A stretch of DNA of 59,858 bases. It comes from Patescibacteria group bacterium (GTDB taxonomy: Bacteria; Patescibacteriota; UBA1384; UBA12157; JAENIV01). The notes beneath the pieces are model-generated. The model was not told the DNA's origin, did not search any database, and saw nothing but the letters and a program-made list of their open reading frames with translations. Of the stretch, positions 17,662-26,454 are shown piece after piece. The translations under genes and the position numbers were made by a program. The first letter of the stretch is position 1. Each line of letters starts with the position of its first letter. The stretch lies in contig JBEKTP010000001.1 of the NCBI GenBank assembly GCA_049515915.1, positions 72,855 to 132,712 on the forward strand, in the 5' to 3' direction.

Positions 17662-20484
17662 CTATTTTTTTTGTTTCAGAACATTTTTTAAAAATTGGCC
17701 CGTATATGATTTTTGAACATGAGCGATTTCTTCGGGATCGCCGGTCGCCACGACTTTACCGCCGTCGTCGCCGCCTTCGGGTCCTAAATCGATAATGTAA
17801 TCGGCAGTTTTTATAACATCGAGATTGTGCTCAATTACTATAACAGAATTCCCAGCGTCAACCAAACGATTCAAAACATTTAACAATTTTTTGATGTCGT
17901 CAAAATGAAGGCCGGTCGTCGGCTCGTCCAAAATATATAAAGTTTTGCCTGTCGCCCGATGGGCCAGTTCGGTCGCCAATTTGACTCGCTGAGCCTCCCC
18001 ACCCGAAAGAGTTGTGGCCGGCTGACCTAAATGAATATAGCCCAAGCCGACATCATTTAAAACTTCTAATATATCCGCGATTTTAGGAATATCACGGAAA
18101 AAATCCAAGGCCTCTTCAACCGTCATTTCTAAAATATCAGCGATATTTTTTCCTTTAAATTTAACTTCTAACGTTTCACGGTTAAAACGTTTGCCGCCGC
18201 AAACATCACACGGGATGTAAACGTCCGGCATAAAATGCATTTCAATTTTAATCACGCCATCACCTTGGCAATTATCACAACGACCGCCGGAGACGTTGAA
18301 AGAAAACCGGCCCGGTAAATAGCCCCGCATCCTTGCCTCTTTAGTTTTGGCAAATATTTCACGGATTGGCGAAAAAACACCCGTGTAAGTTGCCGGATTT
18401 GAGCGCGGTGTTCGGCCAATTGGCGATTGGTCAATAATAATCGCTTTATCCAAACTTTCGGCGCCTTCGATCCGATTATATTTTCCCGGCCTTTCCAATG
18501 CACCCATTAATTTTCTCGCCAAGGCTTTGTATAAAATTTCATTAACAAGCGATGATTTTCCGGAACCAGAAACTCCCGTCACGCAAGTCAAAACCCCCAC
18601 CGGAAAATGTACGGTGATATTTTTCAAATTATTTTCGTTAGCGCCGTAAACACTTAAATATTTTTCTTTTATCTTCCGGCGGTTTTCCGGAACTTCGATT
18701 TTTTTTACGCCGGCCAAGTATTGCCCGGTAATCGAATCGGGTGTCCCAATAATATCTTCGATCTTCCCCTGAGCTACAATTTCTCCGCCGCGACGCCCGG
18801 CGCCCGGTCCGATATCAACGATTTGATCCGCTTCGCGCATGGTTTCTTCATCGTGCTCAATAATAATAACGGTGTTACCTAAATTCCGCAGTTTTAATAA
18901 GGTATTTAAAAGTCGAGTATTGTCGCGCGAGTGCAAGCCAACCGACGGTTCATCTAAAATATACAAAACGCCGACCAGACCAGACCCGATTTGAGAGGCC
19001 AGCCGAATTCTTTGTGCTTCACCGCCAGCCAAAGTAAAGGCCGCGCGGTCTAAAGTCAAATAATCCAAACCGACATCAACTAAAAATTTCAAACGGTTTT
19101 TGATTTCTTGAATGATTTTTTGAGCAATCAAAATTTCTTTGGCGGAAAGTTTTAAATTCTCAAAAAAATTGAATGCACTTTTGACCGTCAGCGCCGTGAC
19201 TTCGGAAATGTTTTGAGCTTGAATCATCACCAGCAAACTTTCTTTTTTCAACCTTGCCCCGAAGCACACTTCACACGGCCGGTTGCTCATATACCGTTCA
19301 ATTTCGCGGCGAACGTTATCGGACTCCGTTTGTTTGTAACGCCGCTCTAATAAAGGGATCATCCCTTCAAAATTGATCCAAAAAGTATTGGCATGGCCAT
19401 GAGTCCAGTAACGAATCTTAATGGTTTCAATGCCGCCTGAACCATGCAAAATCGAATCGATTTGTTTATCATTAAAGCTCGTAAGCGGCGTATGTTCCGA
19501 AAGTCCTAACCTTTGGCAAGCCGCCCTTAAAATTACACCGTAATAATTATTCGGCTTGTAAGACAAGGGTAAAATAGCCCCTTGAGAAATGGCTAGATTT
19601 TTATCGGGAATAATTAAATGCGGATCAATTTCTTTTTTAACGCCTAAGCCATCGCAGGTTGGACAAGCACCGTAGGGGGAATTAAACGAAAATACCCGCG
19701 GTTCAATTTCGGGGATACTCACGCCATGAACCGGACAAGTCAATCTTTGATTAAATATTTCCTCTTTTTTATTATGAGTAATTAAAACTAAACCGTCAGC
19801 CAACTTTAACGATTGTTCAATATCGTCGGTGATTCGACCGATATTTTCAGATTTGACTTCGACTTCATCAACCAAAATTTCAATCGTGTGCTGCTGGTAG
19901 CGAGCGAGTGTAACTTTCTTTTCTAACTCAATTATTCGACCATTGACGCGCGCTTTGGAAAATCCCTGCTTAAAATAATTTTTCAACAAGGTATGATATT
20001 CCCCTTTTCGGCCACGAACGACCGGCGCATAGATTTTGACTTTTTCGCCCTCGCCCAAATCGAGAACCTTTTCTACTATTTGCTCGACGGAAAGTTTAGT
20101 AATCGGCTCGCCGCCAATCGGACAATGAGGAATACCGATGCGGGCATAGAGAACCCTGAGATAATCGTAAATCTCCGTCACCGTGCCCACCGTCGAGCGC
20201 GGGTTGTGCGAAGCCGCTTTTTGATCAATTGAGATCGCCGGCGATAAGCCTTCGATTGATTCGACGTTCGGTTTTTCCATCTGCCCTAAAAATTGCCGCG
20301 CATAGCTCGACAAAGATTCTAAATATCGCCGCTGGCCTTCGGCATAAATGGTGTCAAATGCCAAAGTTGACTTGCCGCTCCCGGAAAGTCCAGTAAAAAC
20401 AATTAATTTGTTGCGCGGCAACTCAAGATTGATATTTTTTAAATTGTGCTCTTTCGCCCCGCGAATGATGATTTTATCGTACAT
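17662..20484 (-). CDS. uvrA: excinuclease ABC subunit A
   Basis: two Walker A motifs (GLSGSGKS, GVSGSGKS), zinc fingers, LSGGEAQR. Confidence 0.98.
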   Translation of the reverse strand: MYDKIIIRGAKEHNLKNINLELPRNKLIVFTGLSGSGKSTLAFDTIYAEGQRRYLESLSSYARQFLGQMEKPNVESIEGLSPAISIDQKAASHNPRSTVGTVTEIYDYLRVLYARIGIPHCPIGGEPITKLSVEQIVEKVLDLGEGEKVKIYAPVVRGRKGEYHTLLKNYFKQGFSKARVNGRIIELEKKVTLARYQQHTIEILVDEVEVKSENIGRITDDIEQSLKLADGLVLITHNKKEEIFNQRLTCPVHGVSIPEIEPRVFSFNSPYGACPTCDGLGVKKEIDPHLIIPDKNLAISQGAILPLSYKPNNYYGVILRAACQRLGLSEHTPLTSFNDKQIDSILHGSGGIETIKIRYWTHGHANTFWINFEGMIPLLERRYKQTESDNVRREIERYMSNRPCEVCFGARLKKESLLVMIQAQNISEVTALTVKSAFNFFENLKLSAKEILIAQKIIQEIKNRLKFLVDVGLDYLTLDRAAFTLAGGEAQRIRLASQIGSGLVGVLYILDEPSVGLHSRDNTRLLNTLLKLRNLGNTVIIIEHDEETMREADQIVDIGPGAGRRGGEIVAQGKIEDIIGTPDSITGQYLAGVKKIEVPENRRKIKEKYLSVYGANENNLKNITVHFPVGVLTCVTGVSGSGKSSLVNEILYKALARKLMGALERPGKYNRIEGAESLDKAIIIDQSPIGRTPRSNPATYTGVFSPIREIFAKTKEARMRGYLPGRFSFNVSGGRCDNCQGDGVIKIEMHFMPDVYIPCDVCGGKRFNRETLEVKFKGKNIADILEMTVEEALDFFRDIPKIADILEVLNDVGLGYIHLGQPATTLSGGEAQRVKLATELAHRATGKTLYILDEPTTGLHFDDIKKLLNVLNRLVDAGNSVIVIEHNLDVIKTADYIIDLGPEGGDDGGKVVATGDPEEIAHVQKSYTGQFLKNVLKQKK

Positions 20485-20612
20485 ACGCTAAAAGTTCCCG
20501 CGTTTGGCGGGTTTTCCTACACAAAGATTTTAAGTGCGGCTATATTGTAGCACAATAAACAGTGGAAATCTATTGACATCTGATTGCCGCCCCTCAATTC
20601 ATTTTCGAGAAC

Positions 20613-22571
20613 TTATCTAAGCCTCAATTTTTTAAGCTGAATAATCTCGTCACGCAAAATCGCCGCCCGCTCGAATTCTAAATTTTGAGCCGCTTTTTTC
20701 ATTTCGATTTCTTTAAAACGGATCGCCGCCGGCAAATCTTCGATTTTTTCTAAGTCAATAAATTCTGGGGTGACTTCGGGCCTGAGTTCATGATCGATAA
20801 TACTCTCGATCGTCTTTTGAATAGTTTTCGGTGTAATATGATGTTTTACATTAAATTTTATTTGTTTAGCCCGCCGGCGATTAGTTTCGTCAATCGCTCG
20901 TTTCATTGAGCCAGTCATATTATCGGCATACAAAATGACCATACCGCGAACATTTCGCGCTGCCCGGCCGATAGTTTGAACCAACGATACATCCGAGCGT
21001 AAAAATCCCTCTTTATCCGCGTCTAAAATTGCGACTAAGGAAACCTCCGGCAAATCCAAGCCTTCGCGCAATAAATTCACCCCGACCAAAACATCAAATT
21101 CACCTTTGCGCAAATTTTCCAAAATTCCCACTCGATCCAAAGTGTCAACTTCGCTATGCAGATATTCGGCACGCACGCCAATTTCTTTAAAATGGTCTGA
21201 AAGTTCTTCGGCCATTCTTTTTGTTAAAGTAGTAACTAAAATTCTCTCCTCCGCTTTGGCGCGTTTTTTGATTTCTTTGGTTAAATCATCGACTTGTCCT
21301 TCGATTGATCTTACTTCGACTTCTGGATCAACCAAACCGGTCGGTCGGATAATCTGCTCGACAATTTGTTTCGAATGTTCCCTCTCAAAGCTTGCTGGCG
21401 TCGCCGTGGTATAAATAACTTGATTTATTTTGGTCTGAAATTCCGGAAATTTTAACGGCCGGTTATCTCGAGCCGATGGTAAACGAAAACCATGTTCAAC
21501 CAGCGAATCTTTTCGCGATTTATCGCCCTCAAACATTCCCCGAAGCTGAGGAATAGTCACGTGTGATTCATCAATAATCATCAAAAAATCTTCGGGGAAA
21601 TAATCAATCAACGTATAAGGCGCTTGACCTTCTTTTCGGCCGGTCAAGTACCGCGAATAATTTTCAATTCCGGCGCAATAACCGATTTCACGAAGTAGCT
21701 CCAAGTCGTAACGCGTCCGTCGTCGCAGTCTCTCCGCCTCCACAAATTTCCCCCTTTTTTCAAAATAAGAAACCCGCTCTTTTAGTTCTTTTTCAATGGC
21801 CATAATCGATTTTTGCATCGTCGGTGATGTAACCACGAAATGCTTGGCGGGATAAATCATCAGTTTTTTTTCATCATAAAGTTTTCTCATCGTGACAGCC
21901 TCAAAAACCGTGATTTTAGTTAGCCAATCTTTCTCAATTTCGATCCGAATAATAACTTCTCGATCGGCCGGCATAATTTCAATTGTTCCGCCATGAACTC
22001 TAAATTTCCCGCGAGATAAAATTTCAGAGCGTTCAAAATACATTTCAACCAAACGATTAATAATATCCTCGCGCGCAATTTCCTCGCCCACCGCTAAATT
22101 TAAATGACTTTCGCGATAAACTTCCGGACTACCCAAACCATAGATACACGAAACCGAAGCGACGACAATCACATCGCGCCGCGCCAGTAACGCCTGGGTA
22201 GCGGCATGGCGCAACCGATCAATTTCTTCATTAATTTCAACATCTTTTTCAATATAGATATCAGTGTTCGGCATATAAGCTTCGGGTTGATAATAATCGT
22301 AGTAGGACACAAAATATTCGACGGCACTTTCCGGAAAAAAAGTGCGAAACTCAGAACAAAGCTGGGCCGCCAAAGTTTTATTGTGAGCGATAACTAAAGT
22401 CGGCTTTTGAACTTTTTCAATCACATTAGCAATGCTAAAAGTTTTACCCGAACCAGTCACACCCAATAAAGTCTGGTGTTTAAAACCTTTTTTGATACCA
22501 TCAACCAATTTCGATATCGCCGCCGGCTGATCCCCGGCCGGCTTGAATTTTGAGGAAATCTTAAAATCCAT
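20613..22571 (-). CDS. uvrB: excinuclease ABC subunit B
   Basis: GVTGSGKT, YYDYYQPEAY, DESH, QTIGRAARN, C-terminal UVR domain. Confidence 0.98.
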   Translation of the reverse strand: MDFKISSKFKPAGDQPAAISKLVDGIKKGFKHQTLLGVTGSGKTFSIANVIEKVQKPTLVIAHNKTLAAQLCSEFRTFFPESAVEYFVSYYDYYQPEAYMPNTDIYIEKDVEINEEIDRLRHAATQALLARRDVIVVASVSCIYGLGSPEVYRESHLNLAVGEEIAREDIINRLVEMYFERSEILSRGKFRVHGGTIEIMPADREVIIRIEIEKDWLTKITVFEAVTMRKLYDEKKLMIYPAKHFVVTSPTMQKSIMAIEKELKERVSYFEKRGKFVEAERLRRRTRYDLELLREIGYCAGIENYSRYLTGRKEGQAPYTLIDYFPEDFLMIIDESHVTIPQLRGMFEGDKSRKDSLVEHGFRLPSARDNRPLKFPEFQTKINQVIYTTATPASFEREHSKQIVEQIIRPTGLVDPEVEVRSIEGQVDDLTKEIKKRAKAEERILVTTLTKRMAEELSDHFKEIGVRAEYLHSEVDTLDRVGILENLRKGEFDVLVGVNLLREGLDLPEVSLVAILDADKEGFLRSDVSLVQTIGRAARNVRGMVILYADNMTGSMKRAIDETNRRRAKQIKFNVKHHITPKTIQKTIESIIDHELRPEVTPEFIDLEKIEDLPAAIRFKEIEMKKAAQNLEFERAAILRDEIIQLKKLRLR

Positions 22572-22627
22572 ATGGCGATATCATACCATATTTTTACAAA
22601 AAAATCTATTATTGATGAAATTAGTTC

Positions 22628-22646
22628 TAAGAATTAGAGATGGGGA
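22628..22646 (-). repeat. cassette 2 terminal helix, 3' arm
   Basis: UCCCCAUCUCUAAUUCUUA pairs with 23152-23170 (18/19). Confidence 0.8.
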
Positions 22647-22910
22647 GCGAGCCTCGCCGGCCGGCGGGGCTCGCGATAAGAGGATAAGAGAGAGGTGGGC
22701 GCCGGACCACAGCCAGTCTGACGCCCTCAAGATGGCACAAGTTGGGGTGGTGGGGGGGTGTCGACTTGAGCCTCCCTGATTTTAACCTCTCAAAGTTAGA
22801 GGGTGCGAGGGATATTTGGGTAGGGAGAACCCATTTATCCACAATGCCCTGGATCTTGGCTATTCACTCATTGACGCCGCTTCCCTTTTCGGACACTCGC
22901 ACCCAAATCA

Positions 22911-22986
22911 TGATAGGAACTTTCGGATTCGAACCGAAGAGCAACCATTAGCTACCGCTTGCTCTTCCATCCTAAGCTAAGTCCCT
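22911..22986 (-). tRNA. tRNA-like gene 2, degenerate anticodon arm, ends AUCA
   Basis: acceptor AGGGACU/AGUUCCU, D arm GCUU-AGGAUGGAA-GAGC, T arm UUCGG-UUCGAAU-CCGAA; anticodon loop UAGCUAA lacks U33; weak anticodon stem with G.G mismatch. Confidence 0.7.
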
Positions 22987-23035
22987 ACCCGACATAAGAG
23001 GAGAGGACCTTGCGGTCGAAACATCAGAGAGGCTT

Positions 23036-23158
23036 TTACCACAGGACGTAGCCCAAGTTACGCGTGACAAAAGGCCTGTCTGATTTAGTGTTTCCCATCA
23101 ACACGGACAAGGGCCTTGGGGCTAACCCGATCAGATAGCTCTCCTCACTTTTCCTCAT
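23036..23158 (-). CDS. possible 40-aa ORF within cassette 2 (MRKSEESYLIGLAPRP...)
   Basis: ATG lies inside the terminal-helix motif as in cassette 1, but no SD and it overlaps a structured domain. Confidence 0.2.
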   Translation of the reverse strand: MRKSEESYLIGLAPRPLSVLMGNTKSDRPFVTRNLGYVLW

Positions 23159-23170
23159 CTCTAATTCTCA
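23152..23170 (-). repeat. cassette 2 terminal helix, 5' arm
   Basis: UGAGAAUUAGAGAUGAGGA. Confidence 0.8.
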
Positions 23171-23193
23171 ACGTACGATATTGTAATATCACC

Positions 23194-23221
23194 ATTATAG
23201 TCTCAATTGGCGACGTGTCAA
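23194..23221 (-). promoter_or_regulatory. consensus promoter driving cassette 2
   Basis: TTGACA-16-TATAAT; GATATT-AC-AATATC palindrome just downstream; no substantial CDS before uvrB. Confidence 0.8.
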
Positions 23222-23231
23222 TTACTCATCC

Positions 23232-23274
23232 TTAAACAAAATCCCCTTCGTCTATGGTCAGGGATTTTGTTTAA
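23232..23274 (-). terminator. terminator of the rpsB...proS operon
   Basis: TTAAACAAAATCCC / GGGATTTTGTTTAA 14-bp inverted repeat. Confidence 0.7.
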
Positions 23275-23283
23275 ATTTATAAA

Positions 23284-23520
23284 TTATTCGGTATCCACCG
23301 GGGGTTCGTCATCTCCCGGTTTATTTTCACCAGTCTCATCATCACTTTCGCCATCGGTTATTTCGGCTTCGGGATCTTTAACCGCCGGTGTTTCAAGACT
23401 TCGAGCCATCGGCGCTTCCTCGCCTTCGCCGGTTTTTTCCACCGCGCCGCCGGACGCATCTTGGGTGCCATCGTCATCATCGTCACTAACCAAATTCGCG
23501 TTTGGGTCTTGGTAATCCAT
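23284..23520 (-). CDS. small acidic, probably disordered protein (78 aa)
   Basis: AAGGAGG 5 nt before ATG 23520; very D/E-rich. Confidence 0.75.
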   Translation of the reverse strand: MDYQDPNANLVSDDDDDGTQDASGGAVEKTGEGEEAPMARSLETPAVKDPEAEITDGESDDETGENKPGDDEPPVDTE

Positions 23521-23581
23521 TTTAACCTCCTTGTTCACTATTTTGTTCTTACCAATTAAATTCACTCCCAAGCTTTCGAGA

Positions 23582-24799
23582 TCATCGTAACAATTCGGCT
23601 ATCACTTCGTCAACAGCCAAAATCTTAGTTTCTTTTTCGGTCCTTTTTTTGACTTCAATTTTCTCGCCGGTTTTTTCACTAACAACTAATCGATATGGAA
23701 TACCTAAAAGATCGGCGTCGGCAAATTTAACACCGGCGGCGGTTTCGCGATCATCATAAAGAACATCAAGACCACTTTGAACCATTTTTTCATAAACTTT
23801 ATCGGCCTTTCCGTCAGTTAAATCAATCAAAACAGTTTTAAACGGCGCAATCGATTCCGGCCAAATAATGCCGTAGTCATCGTGCGAGACTTCCACGATG
23901 GCCGCCATCAGCCGCGGGATGCCAATGCCATAGCAACCCATAATAAAATTCTTCATCTTGCCGTCGGAGTCAGTAAAAGCGGCGTTCATTTTTTTGGAAT
24001 ACAAATCATCGAGCATAAAAATGTGCGCAATCTCAATTGCTTTAAGTGATTTGACTGCCCCGCCGCAGGATGGACATTTGTCCAAATCGGAAGTCAGCTC
24101 GACATTGACAGCGTAATCGCAGGCGCCGCAGATATAAATTGTATTTTCACCGGTTTCAGAAAGGAGCATAAATTCATTCGATTTCTTGCCGCCAATCGAG
24201 CCTGAATGAGAGCTGACAAGATGAACGTCCCGCCCCATTCGTTTGAATATTTTTCGATAAGCAATAATGACTTTTTCATAATAAGCTTCAAACTCTTTTT
24301 GATCAGCGTGAAAACTATAGGCGTCCTTCATCAGAAATTCTTTGGTTCGTAAAAGCCCGCCGGTAAAACGCTGTTCGTTGCGAAACTTCGTCTGAATTTG
24401 ATAGAGCATTTGCGGCAATTCCTTAAAGGAAGAAATGCGGTCCTGAACCAAATCGACAATGACTTCTTCGTGCGTCGAACCTAACGCTAATTCTTTATCG
24501 TGGCGGTCCTTAAGTTTAAGTAAAGGTGGATCCATCGTATTCCACCGGCCTGATTCTTCCCAAAGCTCTTTTGGCTGCAAAGCCGGCAGGAATATTTCTT
24601 GGCCGCCGATGGCATCCATTTCCTCCCGAATAATTTGTGAAATCTTAGTAATAACTCGCCAGCCGAGCGGCAATAACGAATAAACTCCGCTCATTTCCTG
24701 ATCGATATAACCGCCACGCAATAACAAAGCTGAGGAGATATTATCGGCCTCCTTGGGTGTTTCACGTTGAGTTTTAATTAAAGATTTAGAATACCTCAT
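23582..24799 (-). CDS. proS: proline--tRNA ligase, short form without INS editing domain
   Basis: THEE, FRNEQRF.GGLLR.KEF.MKDAYSF, MGCYGIG, GVKFADADLLGIP. Confidence 0.95.
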   Translation of the reverse strand: MRYSKSLIKTQRETPKEADNISSALLLRGGYIDQEMSGVYSLLPLGWRVITKISQIIREEMDAIGGQEIFLPALQPKELWEESGRWNTMDPPLLKLKDRHDKELALGSTHEEVIVDLVQDRISSFKELPQMLYQIQTKFRNEQRFTGGLLRTKEFLMKDAYSFHADQKEFEAYYEKVIIAYRKIFKRMGRDVHLVSSHSGSIGGKKSNEFMLLSETGENTIYICGACDYAVNVELTSDLDKCPSCGGAVKSLKAIEIAHIFMLDDLYSKKMNAAFTDSDGKMKNFIMGCYGIGIPRLMAAIVEVSHDDYGIIWPESIAPFKTVLIDLTDGKADKVYEKMVQSGLDVLYDDRETAAGVKFADADLLGIPYRLVVSEKTGEKIEVKKRTEKETKILAVDEVIAELLR

Positions 24800-24817
24800 T
24801 TTGCCACCTTTCTTTTT

Positions 24818-25873
24818 TTATCTCAGTCTCAATATATCACGAAAAGTAATGGCCAAAATTAAAATAATTAAAATAATAAAGCCGATGGTGTGGATAAGAT
24901 TCTCCACTTCTTGCCGCACTATTTTTTTACCGAAAATGCCTTCTAAAACTAAAAAGAAAATTTTTCCACCGTCAAGGGCTGGGAACGGTAAAATATTAAT
25001 AATGCCCAAGTTGATCGATAAAATGGCCAAAAGCTGCAAGATATAAATCCAACCAATTCTTAACGCTTCGGAAGTAAAATTGAAAATCCCGACTGGTCCG
25101 ACAACGGCTTGGCCGGCCTCGCCGGCTTTCCCTGTTGTAAAGATGCTGGCAATAATTCCCCACAAGGCCACAATAACCGCCGCAATACTCTTACCCACTT
25201 CGATCACCGCTGTTCCCAGTGCCCGAAAGAAAGGTTGTTTCACTTTTGTAATCGAAACCACCCCGACACCCAGTGGCGCATCACCTTGACCCAAAGTAGT
25301 CGTGAAATTTTCGCGGCGGTTATTCGATTGGATATTTAAAGTTACTTGCTCGCCAGCGTGAGATTTGGTAAATTGCTGAAGCTGGCTCGGCGAAGAAAAA
25401 CCGTTTAAAACATCGCCGCTTTCGAGACCGATTTTAGCGGCCGGGGAATCGGGCACCACCTCGACAATCATCACTTGAGAAGTTTTGGTGCCAGAAAGAG
25501 CGGCCGGATCAGAAACCAGCGGCGTCATGCCAATAGAAAAGCCAATGGCAATGACCAAAATTCCCAAAATAAAATTCATGACCACCCCGGTGCCGACAAT
25601 GGCAATTTTTTGCCAGATTTTCGCCGAATAATATGAACCAGGCTCTTTAACCGCTTCGTCTTCGCCGAGCAAAGAAACATATCCCCCCAAAGGAATAAGA
25701 TTTAAAGAATAGCGCGTTCCCCCTTTGACCACCGACGTAATTCTCGGCGGAAAACCAAAAGCAAATTCTTTGACTTTAACACCGGAAAGTTTAGCCACCA
25801 CAAAATGGCCAAACTCATGAATAAGAATGAGAACAATGAGAATCGCTATGAAGATAACAATAGTTAATAGCAT
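24818..25873 (-). CDS. rseP: RIP metalloprotease (M50) with PDZ domain
   Basis: HEFGH, GGYV, NILPFPALDGG. Confidence 0.95.
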   Translation of the reverse strand: MLLTIVIFIAILIVLILIHEFGHFVVAKLSGVKVKEFAFGFPPRITSVVKGGTRYSLNLIPLGGYVSLLGEDEAVKEPGSYYSAKIWQKIAIVGTGVVMNFILGILVIAIGFSIGMTPLVSDPAALSGTKTSQVMIVEVVPDSPAAKIGLESGDVLNGFSSPSQLQQFTKSHAGEQVTLNIQSNNRRENFTTTLGQGDAPLGVGVVSITKVKQPFFRALGTAVIEVGKSIAAVIVALWGIIASIFTTGKAGEAGQAVVGPVGIFNFTSEALRIGWIYILQLLAILSINLGIINILPFPALDGGKIFFLVLEGIFGKKIVRQEVENLIHTIGFIILIILILAITFRDILRLR

Positions 25874-25875
25874 TT

Positions 25876-26433
25876 TTAGATCGTCCGGATTTCTTTTTCT
25901 TTTGTTTCCACCTGAACGTTGATTTTTTTATTAAAATCTTCAATCAGTTTATTAAGTTCTTTTTCAGCCACATAACGGTCGTCTTCGGTAATTTGCTTAA
26001 CACTCTCCAGGTTTTTAATCTCCCGCCAGGCTTCTTCTCGAAGGTTTCTTAAAACCACTCGGCTTTCTTCAGCCATTTTGTGAATCATCCGCACTAGCTC
26101 TTCGCGCCGTTCGGCGGTCATCGGTGGTAAAGATAATCGAATAACTCGGCCGTCACTGGAAGGATTAAGACCAATTTCGGAATTTTGAATAGCGAGCTCG
26201 ATATCGCCCAACGCATTGGCATCCCACGGTTGAATGACAATTAAACTCGCATTAGGGGTGGTAATACTAGCTGTCTGTTTAAGCGGCACTTTTGAGCCGT
26301 AGTAACTGACCGAAATATTTTCAACTAAAGAAGCACTGGCTTTGCCAGTTCGAAGACTTCGAAAACTTTCGGCGAGATTATCCAGCACCTGTTGCATTTT
26401 AGACTGAAGGTTGCTAATGATTTTTTGAAACAT
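25876..26433 (-). CDS. frr: ribosome recycling factor
   Basis: LRTGKAS, IQPWD, IRLSLPPMTAERR. Confidence 0.97.
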   Translation of the reverse strand: MFQKIISNLQSKMQQVLDNLAESFRSLRTGKASASLVENISVSYYGSKVPLKQTASITTPNASLIVIQPWDANALGDIELAIQNSEIGLNPSSDGRVIRLSLPPMTAERREELVRMIHKMAEESRVVLRNLREEAWREIKNLESVKQITEDDRYVAEKELNKLIEDFNKKINVQVETKEKEIRTI

Positions 26434-26454
26434 TCTCCCTCGCTTTAGAGTGAA

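Larger units (their letters stand above)
22628..23170 (-). ncRNA. putative ~545-nt structured RNA with embedded tRNA-like domain (cassette 2)
   Basis: consensus promoter upstream, terminal helix, 5' domain closed by GAGGAGAG/CUCUCCUC, 3' domain helices GGGUGCGAG/CUCGCACCC and GGGCGUC/GGCGCCC, terminal hairpin 22647-22674. Confidence 0.7.

Noticed and set aside
20543-20557. TATTGT-N3-ACAATA palindrome before uvrA as an SOS operator
   Set aside because: One half is simply the TACAAT -10 element seen at several promoters; no matching full palindrome before uvrB or pcrA.
22911-22986. Functional tRNA-Ser(GCU)
   Set aside because: No U33, no long variable arm, A73 and a G.G mismatch in the anticodon stem.
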